Source: Alphaproteobacteria bacterium (lineage in GTDB: Bacteria > Pseudomonadota > Alphaproteobacteria > UBA7887). Taken from it: a DNA stretch of 64,000 bases. The stretch spans positions 2,763,761 to 2,827,760 of the forward strand of contig OZ241350.1 in assembly GCA_965200095.1 (NCBI GenBank), read 5' to 3'. Positions 49,817-61,273 of the stretch are shown in pieces. Position numbers and translations under genes: made by a program. Under the pieces are notes generated by a model that ran no database searches, had not been told where the DNA came from, and saw only the letters and a program-made list of their open reading frames with translations. Each line of letters opens with the position of its first letter. Position 1 is the first letter of the stretch.

Positions 49817-50238
49817 TCCGCGTCGCCCCCGGCGAAGTGGGCGGCGCAGGCGTCGCGCGTCGCCCGGCGCACATCGGTGAGCGTCCGGAAACCCTGCCCC
49901 GCCATCCACTTCGCCGTCAGGGAAATGGCTTGCTCCTCTCCGCGGCAGCGGTCCAGCGGCGAATCGAAGTCCAGCGCGCCCAGCGCCGACTGGACGTGAT
50001 GAACGAGTTCGTGCAGCAGCAGGCCCCGGTCCCCGGGGCGGGCCGCCGACCAGCCGCGGCGCAAGACGACGGTGGCCGAACGGTGATCGTAATAGGCGTC
50101 GATGCGACAGCCCGGCGCCAGCCCCATTTCGGCGCAGGGGTCGTCGGCGAAACGCAGGTCCGGCGCGCCGACGGACGCCGCATCGTAAGCGGTGTTCGCG
50201 GCGATCCAGCCGAGCAGCGCGGCGATCAGGGAGGCCAT
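49813..50238 (-). CDS. Small hypothetical protein with HExxH motif (DUF6647-like)
   Basis: LIAALLGWIAANT..DAYYD..TVVLRRGW..LLLHELVHHVQ. Confidence 0.6.
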   Translation of the reverse strand: MASLIAALLGWIAANTAYDAASVGAPDLRFADDPCAEMGLAPGCRIDAYYDHRSATVVLRRGWSAARPGDRGLLLHELVHHVQSALGALDFDSPLDRCRGEEQAISLTAKWMAGQGFRTLTDVRRATRDACAAHFAGGDAE

Positions 50239-50269
50239 CGGCAGACGTATAGCATTCGCCGCCAGCTTT

Positions 50270-51465
50270 TCAGGACGGCTGCGGCCCGATCGCGCCTTCC
50301 TCGCGCAGCGTCGCGACCTCGGCGGCGCCGTAGCCGAGTTCGTCCAGAACGGCGTCGGTATGTTCGCCCAGGGTCGGCGCGCGGCGGCGGACCGACCCCG
50401 GACTCGCCGACAGGCTCAGCGGCGCCTTCAGCAGCGGTATCGGGTCGGCGACGCCGGGGTAAGCGACCGGCAGCATCAACCCCATCGCCCGGATGTGCTC
50501 GTGTTCGAGGATGTCCTGCGGCGTCAGCACCGGCGCCGAGGGCACCCGCGCCGCGTCGAGTTCGCGGACGCATTCGGCGGATGTGCGTTCGCCCGTCCAC
50601 TCCGCCATGCGGGCGCAGATCTCGTCGCGGTTGTCGCCGCGCGATTCGTCGGTGGCGAAACGGGGGTCGGAAAGCCAGCGCTCCTCGCCCATCAGCCGCG
50701 CCCAGCGTTCGTAGAGCGGGTTGCCCACCGTCTGCACGAGGATCCAGCCGTCGCGGGTCTGGAACGCATCGGTCGGCGCCGAGGTCTGGCCCCGGTTGCC
50801 CGTGGCGACGCGGTCCGGTTTGCGCAGCGCCTGTTCGATGACCGTCGGGTGGTTGAACGACAGCGCCGTGCCCAGCAGCGAGGTTTCGACCGTCTGGCCC
50901 TCTCCCGTGCGGTCGCGGTGCATGAGCGCCGCGAGCGTGCCGAACGCCGAGTAGAGCGCGGTCCCGAAATCCACATAGGGGAGGAAGGCGCGCATCGGTT
51001 CGTCGGGCCGCCCGGACAGATACATCGCGCCGTTCATGGCCTGACCGATGCCGTCGAAACCGACGCGGTCGCTCATCGGCCCGCCGCGCCCGAAGCCCGA
51101 GGTCGTCGTCAGGATTATGTCCGCGCGTTGCGCCTTGAGGCTTTCGTAGTCGATCCCCATCGCCGCGAGCGTCGGCGGCGGCAGGTTGGCGACGACGACA
51201 TCCGCCGTCTTCGCCAGATCGCGGACGATGCGGGCGCCGCCGGGGGTGCGCGGGTTGAGCGCCATGCCGCGCTTGTTGCGCGCGAGCTGCAGGAAGGTCG
51301 CCCCCGGCCCGCCTTCCGAGACCGGCTGGACGTAACGGTCCTCGCTGCCGCCCGTCTTCTCGATGCGGATGACGTCGGCGCCCATCTCCGCCAGCAGCGT
51401 GGCGCAGAACGGCCCCGCGATGTAACGCCCGAAATCGAGTACCCGGATGCCCTCGAGCACGCCCG

Positions 51466-51469
<4 letters not shown>
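50270..51469 (-). CDS. Family III CoA-transferase (CaiB/BaiF)
   Basis: LEGIRVLDFGRYIAGP..LAEMGADVIRIE, ARNKRG, ADVVVANL, GFDGIGQA, APTLGEHTD. Confidence 0.93.
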
Positions 51470-53526
<2,057 letters not shown>

Positions 53527-53660
53527 GGCGGCGGAGCCTACGGCCCGGGCGGGCGCCGTCAACACCGCTGTGCCGGGGCGCGGGGGCGCAAGCATGTTGA
53601 ATCCGTTGGCGCCGGGGCGCATAGTGGCGTCGCGCCGCTGCCCGCCGCGGAGAGTGCTTC

Positions 53661-54650
53661 ATGCAGCTTTGTGTCAACGGAGAACGCCGCGTTTTCGATG
53701 CGCCCCTGACGGTGGCGGCGCTTCTCGCCGCACTCGGATTCGACGCGCGCAGGATCGCGGTCGAGCGCAACCGCGAGATCGTGCGCCGGTCGGCCTTCTC
53801 CGAGACCCCGCTCGACGATGGCGACCGGATAGAGATCGTGCATTTCATCGGCGGCGGCATGGACGGCCCTGCGGCGCCGGACGGCGACGAATGGACCGTG
53901 GCCGGGCGGCGCCTGCGTTCGCGCCTGATCGTCGGCACCGGAAAATACCGGGACCTGGAGGAAACGGCGGCGGCGGTCGCCGCCTCGGGCGCGGAGATCG
54001 TCACCGTCGCGGTGCGGCGGGTCAACGTCACCGACCCGAACGCGCCCATGCTGACCGACTATCTGAACCCCGAGGACTACGTCTATCTGCCCAACACGGC
54101 CGGGTGCTTTACCGCGGACGACGCCTTGCGGACGCTGCGCCTGGCGCGCGAGGCGGGCGGCTGGAGCCTGGTGAAGCTCGAAGTGCTCGGCGACCGGCAA
54201 ACCCTCTATCCGGACATGCCGGAAACCCTGTCGGCCGCGGAAACGCTCATCGCCGACGGTTTCGAGGTGATGGTGTATTGCAACGACGACCCTCTGATGG
54301 CGAAGCGCCTCGAGGAGATCGGCTGCGCGGCGGTCATGCCTCTGGGCGCGCCCATCGGTTCGGGTCTCGGTCTGCAAAACCCCGTCAACATCCGCATCAT
54401 CGTCGAGAACGCGAAGGCGCCTGTGATCGTCGACGCCGGGGTCGGCACGGCGTCGGACGCGGCCGAGGCGATGGAACTCGGCTGCGACGCGGTGCTCATG
54501 AACACCGCCATCGCCGGCGCCCGCGACCCGGTCCTTATGGCCCAGTCGATGAAAGCGGCGGTCGAGGCGGGGCGTCTCGCCTATCGCGCCGGGCGCATCC
54601 CGCGCAAGATGTACGCCTCGCCGTCGTCGCCGCTTGCGGGGCTGATCTGA
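53661..54650 (+). CDS. thiG: Fused sulfur carrier ThiS / thiazole synthase ThiG
   Basis: ThiS part ([26 protein letters not shown]) in frame with ThiG ([44 protein letters not shown]). Confidence 0.93.
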   Translation: MQLCVNGERRVFDAPLTVAALLAALGFDARRIAVERNREIVRRSAFSETPLDDGDRIEIVHFIGGGMDGPAAPDGDEWTVAGRRLRSRLIVGTGKYRDLEETAAAVAASGAEIVTVAVRRVNVTDPNAPMLTDYLNPEDYVYLPNTAGCFTADDALRTLRLAREAGGWSLVKLEVLGDRQTLYPDMPETLSAAETLIADGFEVMVYCNDDPLMAKRLEEIGCAAVMPLGAPIGSGLGLQNPVNIRIIVENAKAPVIVDAGVGTASDAAEAMELGCDAVLMNTAIAGARDPVLMAQSMKAAVEAGRLAYRAGRIPRKMYASPSSPLAGLI

Positions 54651-54687
54651 CTCGCCGCCGTCCGGCAACCCGAAGGAGGCCCGACCC

Positions 54688-54870
54688 ATGAGCGTTCTCT
54701 CGCGCCTGCGCGCGTTGCTGAAACTGCGCGACGGGGCGACCGCAATCGAATACGGTCTCATCGTGGCGCTCGTCGCGGTGATCGTGATCGCCGCCGTGAG
54801 CGCCGCGGGGCCGGATCTGGACCGGCCGCTCCCCACGCCCGACCGCCCCGCGCCGGCCGCTGCGGAATGA
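54688..54870 (+). CDS. flp: Flp/Fap type IVb pilin
   Basis: Prepilin cleavage motif DG/ATAIEYGLIVALVAV; GGAGG ribosome-binding site upstream. Confidence 0.8.
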   Translation: MSVLSRLRALLKLRDGATAIEYGLIVALVAVIVIAAVSAAGPDLDRPLPTPDRPAPAAAE

Positions 54871-55059
54871 CCGGCGCCGCTCCGCGCATCGTCCGTCGGC
54901 CTACGGCGCCCGCTTCGATTCGCGGCGTCGTCAGCCTCCTCGTCGTCGCCGTAGATTGCCCTGGCGTTTCGTGCGGATTTGCCGCCTGGCGGGTTGTCCC
55001 ACCGTCCGTTTTCCCGCCAGTGGGCGAGGTTGTCGGCGCAGGCGGTGTATCCATGAGCA

Positions 55060-55068
55060 TGGTATGAT
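55060..55068 (+). promoter_or_regulatory. Candidate extended -10 promoter element
   Basis: TGGTATGAT (TGn-TATGAT) upstream of the IS5 remnant and cas3; motif match only. Confidence 0.25.
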
Positions 55069-55115
55069 TGGGTGAGGGGCTTGGGTAAGGTGTTGCGAAC
55101 GGTGGGAGTTTGGCG

Positions 55116-55205
55116 ATGGGACGTTTCGATCTGACGGATGATGAGGGATCGGTGATCGCTTCGCCGCTTCCCAACATGCCTCGCGGAGTGCCGCACGTCG
55201 ATGCC
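55116..55205 (+). pseudogene. N-terminal remnant of an IS5-family (IS427-like) transposase
   Basis: Translates MGRFDLTDDEGSVIASPLPNMPRGVPHVD, resembling the IS5 start M.RYDLTD.EW..I.PLLPNKPRGV.RVD. Confidence 0.7.
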
Positions 55206-55245
55206 GCCATCACTGTCGTCGTTACCCGTATCCATGCCTGATATA

Positions 55246-58071
55246 ATGAATCTGCCGAACAGATTCGATTCAGTGTTCGCGCAGGCGACCGCGCATCGTC
55301 CATATGACTACCAAAAGCGGCTCGCGTGTGGCGAACGCAGCGGGCGTCGCTGCCATGACTGGCTGAGCGACGGAACCGCATGCAGGTCGATCCTCGTGGA
55401 CGTTCCTACCGGATTCGGGAAGACCGGCGCAGTAGTGATGGCCTGGCTTTGGAACCGTGTCTTGAGGCGCCGGGAGGACTGGCCGCGCCGTCTCGTCTAT
55501 TGCCTGCCCATGCGAACGCTCGTTGAACAGACCCAGCGAAACGTAAAGCAATGGCTGAGGAGACTCGAACTCTCGGATGAAGTCGGCCTTCACGTGCTCA
55601 TGGGAGGAGAAGACATCGACGATTGGGATGTCCATGCGGAGCGGAACGCCATACTGGTGGGAACGCAGGACGTGCTTCTCTCCCGGGCTCTCAACCGTGG
55701 ATACGGGATAAGCCGGTATCGTTGGCCGATGCATTTCGGGCTTCTCAACAATGACTGCCTGTGGATCATGGACGAAGTACAGCTGATGGGGCCGGGACTG
55801 TGGACATCGGCGCAACTGGACTGGATGAGAAATGATCGCTTTAGGAGTTTGAAACCTTGTTTGACGTGGTGGATGAGCGCGACGATTCGTCCGACATTTC
55901 TTGAAACACTTGATCGAGAAAATTCCAAATTGTCCGAACCGGCCCGCATAAATTTGCGAACTCCCGACCGGGATCGTGAAATTCTTCGGGCGCGTCGCCC
56001 GTGCAATATATGGAAGCCTCCGATCCAGACGCGAAAGATGCGCAAGAAGAAAACATCAGGCGACGATTTGTCGGCATATGCGCAGGCATTGGCCGGAGCC
56101 GTGGTTGATGAACACCGGGAGGCGAGCCTGAGTCTTGTCGTGTGCAATACCGTTTCGTTTGCACAGCGAGTATACGAATCTATCGGAGATATTGAGCATG
56201 GCGTCTCGGAAGTTGTTCTTCTGACATCACGTTTCCGCGCCGTGGACCGCAAAGAAAATCAGGATAAACTTCTCAACTTCGAAGCAAAGCGCAAGCGCGC
56301 GGTGAGAGGCGATAGTATTTCGATACCAAGTCTTATTTGCGTGTCCACTCAAGTGATTGAGGCGGGCATTGATGTGTCGGCCAGGCGGCTCTGGTCGGAA
56401 ATCGCTCCCTGGCCATCGATAATCCAGCGTCTTGGACGCCTGAATCGGGACGGACGCCTGAATGAAGATGCTCGCGCCTATTTCTGGGAAGGGCCGCAGA
56501 AAGCGAAGCGAAGTGCGCGGTTCACGGGCCCCTATGAAGCCGAATCCGTAAACCTCGGATGCGAACTTGTCAAAATTTTGGTTGCTCTATGCGTTTCCGA
56601 CGACATGCTGTCCGCGAGGGACGCCTTGACACGGTTGAGCAAGCAGGATGAAACGAGAGAGAGGGTTGAAAAGGCATTGCGTCCCGCCTGTGAGCCATGT
56701 CCGAGGGCTATCGACGTGCATGGACTTTTTTCGACGGAACCGGATATTTTCGGCGGCTTCACCGACGTGAGTCTATTCATCCGGAGTCCGGACGGGAATG
56801 CCGATGCGACAGTTTTCTGGCGCGAGTGGCAAACCGGCGCCGAATTGCGACGCTCGGACGAGTTGACGGGGCCGCCTTTTGCGAGGGACCAGGGGTGCGG
56901 CGTGGCCGTAGGCAGATTGCGGGACTTCCTGAAAAGCGCGAACGCATGGTGCTGGGATGAGAAGGCCGAGGCTTGGGAGCAGGTTCGCGCCGAGGATGTC
57001 TGCCCTGGCATGTTGTTGATGCTGCGGCGCAACGACGGGGGATATTCGCGTGAACTGGGATGGACAGGGAAGCGGGATGACAGGCTGGATGACGCTCCGC
57101 CGCCGGGAGAGCCGCACGAGAGGTTTGAGGATGACCGCTTCAGCCAAAGCGGAGTCTGGGTCACGTTGAAGGATCATCTACAGGACACCGAACGGGAAGC
57201 GGCGCGCATCGTCCGCGCGATAAATCTGGATGGCGATGTCGGATCGGCGGTCATTCACGCGTCGTCGGAACACGATATCGGCAAGGCCATGTCGCTGTGG
57301 CAGAGCGAGTTGCCGACGCCGCTTCCGCACGAGGGCGACATATGGGCGAAGGCTCCGTACCAGTTAGCCCTGAAGTTAGCCCTGATCGCAAACAAGTCCG
57401 AGGCGGTAAGGGAAACCGAGGCCATTCTTCGCGCAAGTAATGTGCGGCACGGCCAGCCCGACCTGCGGAGCCTTGAAACGGCCGGCGGTCGAATTACCTG
57501 GCACACTGAATCGAAAGTGTCCCTTGATACCCTCAAATGCATCGGTTCAGCTCCGGGCGTTGTGCGCGCGTGGAATGTCCCTTTCCGTCCCAACCTTCGT
57601 CACGAGGCGGCGACGGCGCTGGCCCTGTGGCACCGCTATTATCGAGGTAGAAACGCAGATTTTCCCGCACTGTCGATTTATCTCTGCGCTGCGCATCACG
57701 GCAAGGTGAGGACGGTTCTTACGTCGCGGACCGGAATCGGCGAGGACGTATGCGGGATACCGAAGACCACCGCATCGCTTCCGTGGAAGGATATGCCGTT
57801 GGACTTCGAGTGCGCGGCCGACGGGGCGTCGGGCTCCTTCTCGGAGGACGGGAGCGTGTTCAACTTCTCAGCGCCCGGCTGGACGGGCCTTGTCGCCGAC
57901 CTGATCGGGACATGGCAGGCCGACGCGGCGCCGGGCGCCGGCGGCGCAGTGCCGGCGGGCGAGCCGCGCAATCTCGGACCGTTCGCGCTGGCCTATCTTG
58001 AAACTCTGGTTCGCTGTGCCGACGCGGCGGCAAGCCGGAGGCCCGGCGCTCGGAAAGAGATAGTCTCGTGA
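55246..58071 (+). CDS. cas3: Type I-G (I-U) Cas3, N-terminal SF2 helicase with C-terminal HD nuclease
   Basis: PYDYQ, PTGFGKT, WPRRLVYCLPMRTLVEQ, MDEVQLM, MSAT, STQVIEAGID, QRLGRLNR; HD part LKDHL, HDIGK, RHE, AAHHGKVR, LETLVRCAD. Confidence 0.92.
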   Translation: MNLPNRFDSVFAQATAHRPYDYQKRLACGERSGRRCHDWLSDGTACRSILVDVPTGFGKTGAVVMAWLWNRVLRRREDWPRRLVYCLPMRTLVEQTQRNVKQWLRRLELSDEVGLHVLMGGEDIDDWDVHAERNAILVGTQDVLLSRALNRGYGISRYRWPMHFGLLNNDCLWIMDEVQLMGPGLWTSAQLDWMRNDRFRSLKPCLTWWMSATIRPTFLETLDRENSKLSEPARINLRTPDRDREILRARRPCNIWKPPIQTRKMRKKKTSGDDLSAYAQALAGAVVDEHREASLSLVVCNTVSFAQRVYESIGDIEHGVSEVVLLTSRFRAVDRKENQDKLLNFEAKRKRAVRGDSISIPSLICVSTQVIEAGIDVSARRLWSEIAPWPSIIQRLGRLNRDGRLNEDARAYFWEGPQKAKRSARFTGPYEAESVNLGCELVKILVALCVSDDMLSARDALTRLSKQDETRERVEKALRPACEPCPRAIDVHGLFSTEPDIFGGFTDVSLFIRSPDGNADATVFWREWQTGAELRRSDELTGPPFARDQGCGVAVGRLRDFLKSANAWCWDEKAEAWEQVRAEDVCPGMLLMLRRNDGGYSRELGWTGKRDDRLDDAPPPGEPHERFEDDRFSQSGVWVTLKDHLQDTEREAARIVRAINLDGDVGSAVIHASSEHDIGKAMSLWQSELPTPLPHEGDIWAKAPYQLALKLALIANKSEAVRETEAILRASNVRHGQPDLRSLETAGGRITWHTESKVSLDTLKCIGSAPGVVRAWNVPFRPNLRHEAATALALWHRYYRGRNADFPALSIYLCAAHHGKVRTVLTSRTGIGEDVCGIPKTTASLPWKDMPLDFECAADGASGSFSEDGSVFNFSAPGWTGLVADLIGTWQADAAPGAGGAVPAGEPRNLGPFALAYLETLVRCADAAASRRPGARKEIVS

Positions 58072-60155
58072 ACAGCTTGCCGGTCGTGCCGCTCAAGGGG
58101 CTGAACGCGGACTCACTCGGTGTTTACCTCGCGTCGCTCGGGTTATTCTCTCTTGTTTCTCGAGAATGGCCGACAGTCCGCGCGTGCTGGCGAGACGCGA
58201 GTTTATGCCTGGTCGGCGGTCCTGTTGCGTTGGACGAGATCGTGGAGTTCGTGAGCGAAATTGGCGAACGGAACGACTGGACCCGGTATGAGAGACCCTG
58301 GGACGCCCACAAGAGGAGGGATGTGGAAAAGAAGACGTCGAGGCTGACTGCAGTCCAGAGGGCCTTGAGGATTGAGGAACGGTTACTGCCTCTCTTTGGG
58401 GCGCAACTTGCGCTCGACACGCGGGTGAGGATGAATCCTCTGCTCGGTACCGGCGGCAATGCCGGCCGCCGAGAATTCGATAGGGGTTGGCGCGAAGCTG
58501 TCGCATGTATCGAGTCTCCCCCTCGCGGTCAGAGCAGAGATTCACTCAACAGAGATGCAAAGGCGTTCCTTGATGGAGGATCGTGCGCCTGCCTCCGGGA
58601 TTTCAATGCGGGGTCATGGTTTGGGACTGCGAACAAGATCTACAATCACGGCACACGGTCGCCTTCTCGCAAGGGAGAAGTCACACCGTGGGCGATGGCT
58701 CTGGCATGCGAAGGCTTGCCCTACTTCTCAGGCAGTGTTTCCCGGCAATTCGGGAGTCGCCGTCAACCCAAGGGTGCTTTTCCGTTCGTTACCACTGCGA
58801 TGGCGCCTCGGGGCGAGGGTGAAGCCGGTAGCATAGAAGCGGAGGTTTGGGCTCCGATTTGGGATCGGCCAATGACCGATTCTGAACTACGTTGGTTGTT
58901 CCTGCGCGGAAGGGCGGAGATCGATGGCAGGGGAGCGACTTCATCTTCATCGTTTGCTGTCGGTGTGGCGAGCCGAGGAGTCGACGCCGGGGTTACTGAG
59001 TTTCGGCGATTTTTACTTGTGCATACCACCAGTGCACAGACATTCGAATCTCGACTTGCCGGCGTCGTGTCCGTTCCGAAAGCGAAGCCGGACGGCGCAA
59101 TTACCTCGGCGATTCACGCCGTTGTTAAGTTCTGCGACGAGTTGCCGGAGGATCGTAAAGTCGGGGGTAGGGGGAGGTTTGCCGGCCTGAGAGGCCCGCT
59201 CGAGCAAGCACTGGTTGAGTTCGCTGCCGCAAAAGTCGAACAGTTGGAGACGGAGCGCGCGTGGGCATTGGTCGATGCGATGTTTGAAACGCTCGTCAAG
59301 ATTGATCGGAATCTCACGCTTCGTAGCCGCAATATACGATTTCAATTGCTGCCGAGCGGTTGGGCTGCCAATTTATTTGATTCGGAGCGGCCTGGAAGGG
59401 AAATTCGTTTAGCGCTCGCGTTGTGCTCACTTGGCGGGGATGCAGTTCTGCCGCCGTTTCTTGCACACCGAATCGGGGTGCGAAAGAAGCGATGCGGATC
59501 GCGCTGGGAATTTCCCAAGTCGCCTCCGGCGCACCGCGTTTGGAGCGATGAGGATTTGGCCGGTAATCTGTGTACGATAGCGGAAAGGCGCGTCATGGAC
59601 GCCTTGCGAAACGGTGTGTCGGACCCGCCGTTCCGCGCTGCCATTCGGGTGGACATCGACGATGTGTTTTCCTGGTTGTCCGGCGATGTAGATGAAGAGC
59701 AACTGCGTCTCTGGCTGGATCGCCTCTGCGTGTTCGACTGGAGCGGAGAAGCAGGCCGGGAGATCGCAAGGAAATTGCAGCGCAATTTCCCCCGTTGCGT
59801 TCCGCCGGCCGTCGATGGTACAATAGCGCTCTACGGATTGTTTCGGCCGCTCGCAAGCGATTGGCTGTTCCAACAAGTCGTTCACGAGGGTGGCGTTCGC
59901 ATCGAAGGAAGGTCCACACTATCCAGCCTCGGGCGTGTCATCGCGATGTTGCGGCATGGGGACGTGAATGCGGCGACGGAGGTGGCTTCAACGGCATACC
60001 GTTCCGCCGGTGTGGCGCTTGCCGGTTTTGACGCGCTTCCCGACGGATGCGATCCGGATCGCTTGCTGGCGGCGCTGATGATCCCGGTTCGTGACGAACA
60101 GAATCTCTCCATTTTTCGACGTTGGCGACGGCCAGTGGAACCAGGGGCGCAGTGA
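58068..60155 (+). CDS. csx17: Type I-G large subunit Csx17 (Cas8g)
   Basis: LGVYLASLG, NPLLGTGGNAGRR, VTPWAMALACEG, EVWAPIW, FLRGRA, VASRGVDAGVTEFRRF; GTGA overlap with cas3. Confidence 0.85.
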   Translation: MNSLPVVPLKGLNADSLGVYLASLGLFSLVSREWPTVRACWRDASLCLVGGPVALDEIVEFVSEIGERNDWTRYERPWDAHKRRDVEKKTSRLTAVQRALRIEERLLPLFGAQLALDTRVRMNPLLGTGGNAGRREFDRGWREAVACIESPPRGQSRDSLNRDAKAFLDGGSCACLRDFNAGSWFGTANKIYNHGTRSPSRKGEVTPWAMALACEGLPYFSGSVSRQFGSRRQPKGAFPFVTTAMAPRGEGEAGSIEAEVWAPIWDRPMTDSELRWLFLRGRAEIDGRGATSSSSFAVGVASRGVDAGVTEFRRFLLVHTTSAQTFESRLAGVVSVPKAKPDGAITSAIHAVVKFCDELPEDRKVGGRGRFAGLRGPLEQALVEFAAAKVEQLETERAWALVDAMFETLVKIDRNLTLRSRNIRFQLLPSGWAANLFDSERPGREIRLALALCSLGGDAVLPPFLAHRIGVRKKRCGSRWEFPKSPPAHRVWSDEDLAGNLCTIAERRVMDALRNGVSDPPFRAAIRVDIDDVFSWLSGDVDEEQLRLWLDRLCVFDWSGEAGREIARKLQRNFPRCVPPAVDGTIALYGLFRPLASDWLFQQVVHEGGVRIEGRSTLSSLGRVIAMLRHGDVNAATEVASTAYRSAGVALAGFDALPDGCDPDRLLAALMIPVRDEQNLSIFRRWRRPVEPGAQ

Positions 60156-60166
60156 AGGAGCGGTCT

Positions 60167-61246
60167 ATGTCCGATTATTTGCTTAACCCGTCCGCTCTGT
60201 TGGGCGGTCGGGAGAGTCGCCTGACACTTCGCGCGACTCTCAAGCCGGCCTCGGGTTTGGACCGATTCCAACCGGCGGGTTTTCCCGAAATTGGCCATGT
60301 CATTTACGATGCGCCGCGCCCCGACAGGCAAAAGGAGAGGGTGTGCGTTGTGGACAGCGCGGCCAGTATGGCGAATCACTTGGAGTCCGTATGCCTGGCC
60401 AGCGAACACTCCCTCGACCTTGTGGATGAACTTGCGGGAATGCCCTACGTCGAATGTCGAACGGACGCAGGGTGGCCGGACATTGCCGCGGACGATAAAG
60501 GCCCGCGGCAGCTGGTCGTCACGTCGCTCTCGGAGGGGCATCGGCTGGCTTCAACCTATTTTCTCGATGGGAAGGTCGGATCGGGTAGGGACGCCGGAAA
60601 ATTCCAAGATACGCTTCGCGGGGAATTCGGGATCTTCGATCTCGGCAACAAATCCCATCCGCTTCCCGATCAGTGGTGGACTGTGTTCAGAACAATCTTT
60701 CGTTATGACCCCAACTCGCTTGTTCACGGCGTGCTTTTCCCGGCGATGGGGATCAAACTGCCGAGAATGCTTACGGCGCATATGGAGGCGTTCGGTGCGT
60801 CGCGAGTACGCACCTCGGGCGTCAAATTCGACAGGCTTGAAAAGACCTCTTCGGGGCAACCGATCTTTTCCGTTGACGAAGAGACGGCCAGCGAAATCGT
60901 CGCGACTTTCGTCATAGACCTGGCGTTGCTTCGGTCCTTCGGTCGAGGGAACCATGGTCTGAACACCGCGCAGAAAGAATTCTTGCTGGCGTTTGCGCTG
61001 TGGAAGATTGAGCGCCTCCTGAGAGGACCGTTCCGTTACAGAAGCAATTGCGACCTTGAGCTTCATGCGTTGTGCATCCGCGATCACCCGGAATCCGTCG
61101 ATCTGCCGCACATCGATATGCAGTCATCCATCGCGAAAGCCGAATTTGCCGATCCGCGCGTGACGCGGGTGTACTGGCCCGCAGAATATCTCTTTCGCCC
61201 GGGGCGAGGGGGAAGGCAGGAAAATTCCGGACTTGAAGACGAATAG
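60167..61246 (+). CDS. csb1: Type I-G Cas7 backbone subunit (Csb1)
   Basis: LKPASGLDRFQPAGFP, VDSAASMANHLE, EGHRLAS, YDPNSLVHGV, IDLALLRSFG, FRYRSNCDL. Confidence 0.87.
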   Translation: MSDYLLNPSALLGGRESRLTLRATLKPASGLDRFQPAGFPEIGHVIYDAPRPDRQKERVCVVDSAASMANHLESVCLASEHSLDLVDELAGMPYVECRTDAGWPDIAADDKGPRQLVVTSLSEGHRLASTYFLDGKVGSGRDAGKFQDTLRGEFGIFDLGNKSHPLPDQWWTVFRTIFRYDPNSLVHGVLFPAMGIKLPRMLTAHMEAFGASRVRTSGVKFDRLEKTSSGQPIFSVDEETASEIVATFVIDLALLRSFGRGNHGLNTAQKEFLLAFALWKIERLLRGPFRYRSNCDLELHALCIRDHPESVDLPHIDMQSSIAKAEFADPRVTRVYWPAEYLFRPGRGGRQENSGLEDE

Positions 61247-61273
61247 ACAGCCCAGGCCGGACGGGTTACCAGA

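Noticed and set aside
54867-55067. 66-aa ORF after flp as a second pilin or TadE-like gene
   Set aside because: No prepilin G/xxxxE motif and no convincing family signature.
55242-55247. TATAAT as the cas3 -10 box
   Set aside because: It overlaps the likely start codon, leaving no room for a transcript leader.
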